From Lama guanicoe (taxonomy: Eukaryota), in assembly GCA_013239625.1 (NCBI GenBank), contig MU057350.1, positions 23,093,894-23,157,893 of the forward strand: a stretch of 64,000 nt of DNA. The letters run 5' to 3'. The notes under the pieces are model-generated. The model saw only the letters and a list, made by a program, of their open reading frames with translations, was not told where the DNA came from and made no database searches. Made by a program: the position numbers and the translations under genes. Below, piece by piece: positions 62,251-64,000 of this stretch (position 1 is its first letter; every line of letters begins with the position of its first letter).

Positions 62251-63419
62251 GGGATGCTATTTCCCTTCCCTCATTCATGTTCAGGCTGAAGTTGACCCCA
62301 TTTAGATGAGTTGTAACTTCTGCTCAAAGAACACAGGCAGCTCAATTCTTTGTTCATGGTCATCGGGTAATGTGACTCTTTCAGCATTTGTTAATGTCAC
62401 GGGTTGGGGTTGAAAACTGTGGAGACCTGCCTCTTGTCCACTCTAAACACACCAAGCTTTCTTCACCCAGCAGCGGTGGGATCTGTTCATCTCATGGCAT
62501 CTGGGGGATCCCTGCGCTGCCCTGTTTCACAGAAGGGGGCAGTGTTGGGAGCCACGTAGGCTCCTCTTGCAATTTTCATCGGGAAGCTCTTTTTCCAATG
62601 AAAGGCAGGCTGATCTTCCTCTTGAGGATGTGCAGCTGTTCATCACTTTCCACCAGCAGCGGGAAATATGCTGAGCTGGAGAAGAGAATAGGGGCTGGCC
62701 ACTGGCCATAGTCTTCTCTTATTTCTAGAGGCATGAAGAGGCAGAGTAGAACAGGCCCAGGTTACAGAGATGAGCAGCTGAATCCTGCCTTGGGATTCCC
62801 ACGGCATGGCATGCAGAAGTCACTTCATCTCTTTGAGACTATCTCCCCCTTTGTAAAGTGGGGCTAATAAAACCCAACTTACAGGGCTTGGAAGGGATTA
62901 GAACCTGGGAGTTAGTAGAGGTTCAGGAAAATAATGAAGATAATTATTATTTTTTTTTATTTTCCTGAGATTAATTACAGGCCAGTTGTATCCATGAGTG
63001 GAGTTGGTAACAATTCAACTGTTGTGAATTTACCAAAGACTGGCCTGCAGTAGAGGACCCATACTGGCCAGGGGTTCACAATTCTTACAAGTCTCTGTAA
63101 CTCTGGGTGTTTTGATTGGATTATGATGTGAAGTTACCTGGGAGGGAACCTCCTCAGCGAGGTACTGTGTTAGCAAGGATTTGTTTATTGGATCAACAAA
63201 TTTCCTTCCCTTGTAACCTAGCAGGAGTAGCAGAGCCTTGAAGAAATGGGATACAGAGCAGGTGTGCTTGGGACGAGGCTGCTGAGAAATGGTGGAAGAC
63301 CAGCACTGTCTGGTGAAATCATTTGATGGGTGCTCAGGGCGGGCTGGTAGGGATTGAGTATAGGAGGCAGTGGAAGAGTTAGGGATACAGATGATTAAAT
63401 CTGTTAAACTAAATGCATG

Positions 63420-63700
63420 AAACGTGAGGGTCTCTTCTGTGCAGCCACTGTGCCAGGTGCCAGCAAGGAGACCTTTGACTAAGTCAGCCTCTGTTCTCAA
63501 GGTGCTTACCACCTAGCAAATGGATTGTGAATGCAAGTCAGAGTAAGCTAACCATCAATGCAGGGAGGATGCAGGAACTATAAGTAGTCAAAGGAGTGAG
63601 TGCTTACTTGTAAGAGAGACAATTGGAGAAGGCTTCCTGGAAGAGGTGACATTAGAATGACCTGGCAGTCTAAAGAGGACAATTACCAAATGCTTGCCAG
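63420..63700 (-). mobile_element. L2 LINE fragment
   Basis: 'ctgtgccaggtgcc...taagtcagcctctgttctcaaggtgcttaccacctag...ggagaaggcttcctggaagaggtgacatt'. Confidence 0.65.
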
Positions 63701-64000
63701 AGGGTAGGCTAACACCCTTAGCTAGGGCTTTCTCAGGGTGCAGTGGAACTTCTTCGTGGGTTCGCTGTTCTGTCTACATGTGCAGAGTGAAATGGAGAAT
63801 CCAAATAGCTATTTGGATCACTCAGGTCAATTTTTGAGGCAGTATTGGAAACTTGAATTATGCGGGTAGTTGTCCATTTTCTTCCCTTCTTTTCTCTATT
63901 TCCCCCATGGATGGACAAAGACCCCAGTGGTCTGCCCCTTGCCTGCCTCACTAGACCTATCTGGTACCACTTTTCTCCCCTACTCACTATGTCTTAGCTA

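Noticed and set aside
383-63987. The short ORFs in the six-frame track (e.g. 36571-37056, 44648-45193, 46465-47010, 63030-63512)
   Set aside because: No recognisable domain, low-complexity composition, many overlap repeats or are inflated by N-runs; consistent with chance ORFs in mammalian non-coding DNA.
1-64000. Naming the host gene, or calling a prokaryotic/viral system (CRISPR, operon, intact provirus)
   Set aside because: No exon sequence is recognisable, so any gene symbol would be a guess. The sequence is clearly mammalian, with no repeat-spacer array and no gag/pol/env coding region.

Overview
Mammalian (eutherian) non-coding DNA, most likely from a camelid (camel/alpaca/llama), judged from a tRNA-Ala-derived vic-1-type SINE at 44.6 kb and artiodactyl-type L1 3' ends. 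No protein-coding exon, structural RNA gene or prokaryotic system is recognisable in the readable sequence. The six-frame ORFs look like chance ORFs, apart from a remnant of L1 ORF2. The window looks like the interior of a very large intron or regulatory domain of a developmental gene that I cannot name. It is probably transcribed on the + strand, since the young L1s and the solo ERV1 LTR are all on the - strand. It contains many ancient repeats (MIR, L2, L3/CR1, MER5, MER20, a MER96-like hairpin, an LTR16-like LTR), a few lineage-specific insertions with readable target-site duplications, and several repeat-free, motif-dense blocks that resemble conserved enhancers. Eight N-runs (140-444 nt) hide part of the sequence. 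Seven lie in unique, enhancer-like DNA rather than repeats, so the most conserved parts, possibly including exons, may be exactly what is hidden. I found no convincing novel biological system. The best leads are the non-random N-runs, a clean twin-primed inverted L1, a candidate internal promoter/first exon at about 31.5-31.9 kb, and several motif clusters. Repeat family names come from my recollection of consensus sequences, not a database search, and old-repeat boundaries are approximate.
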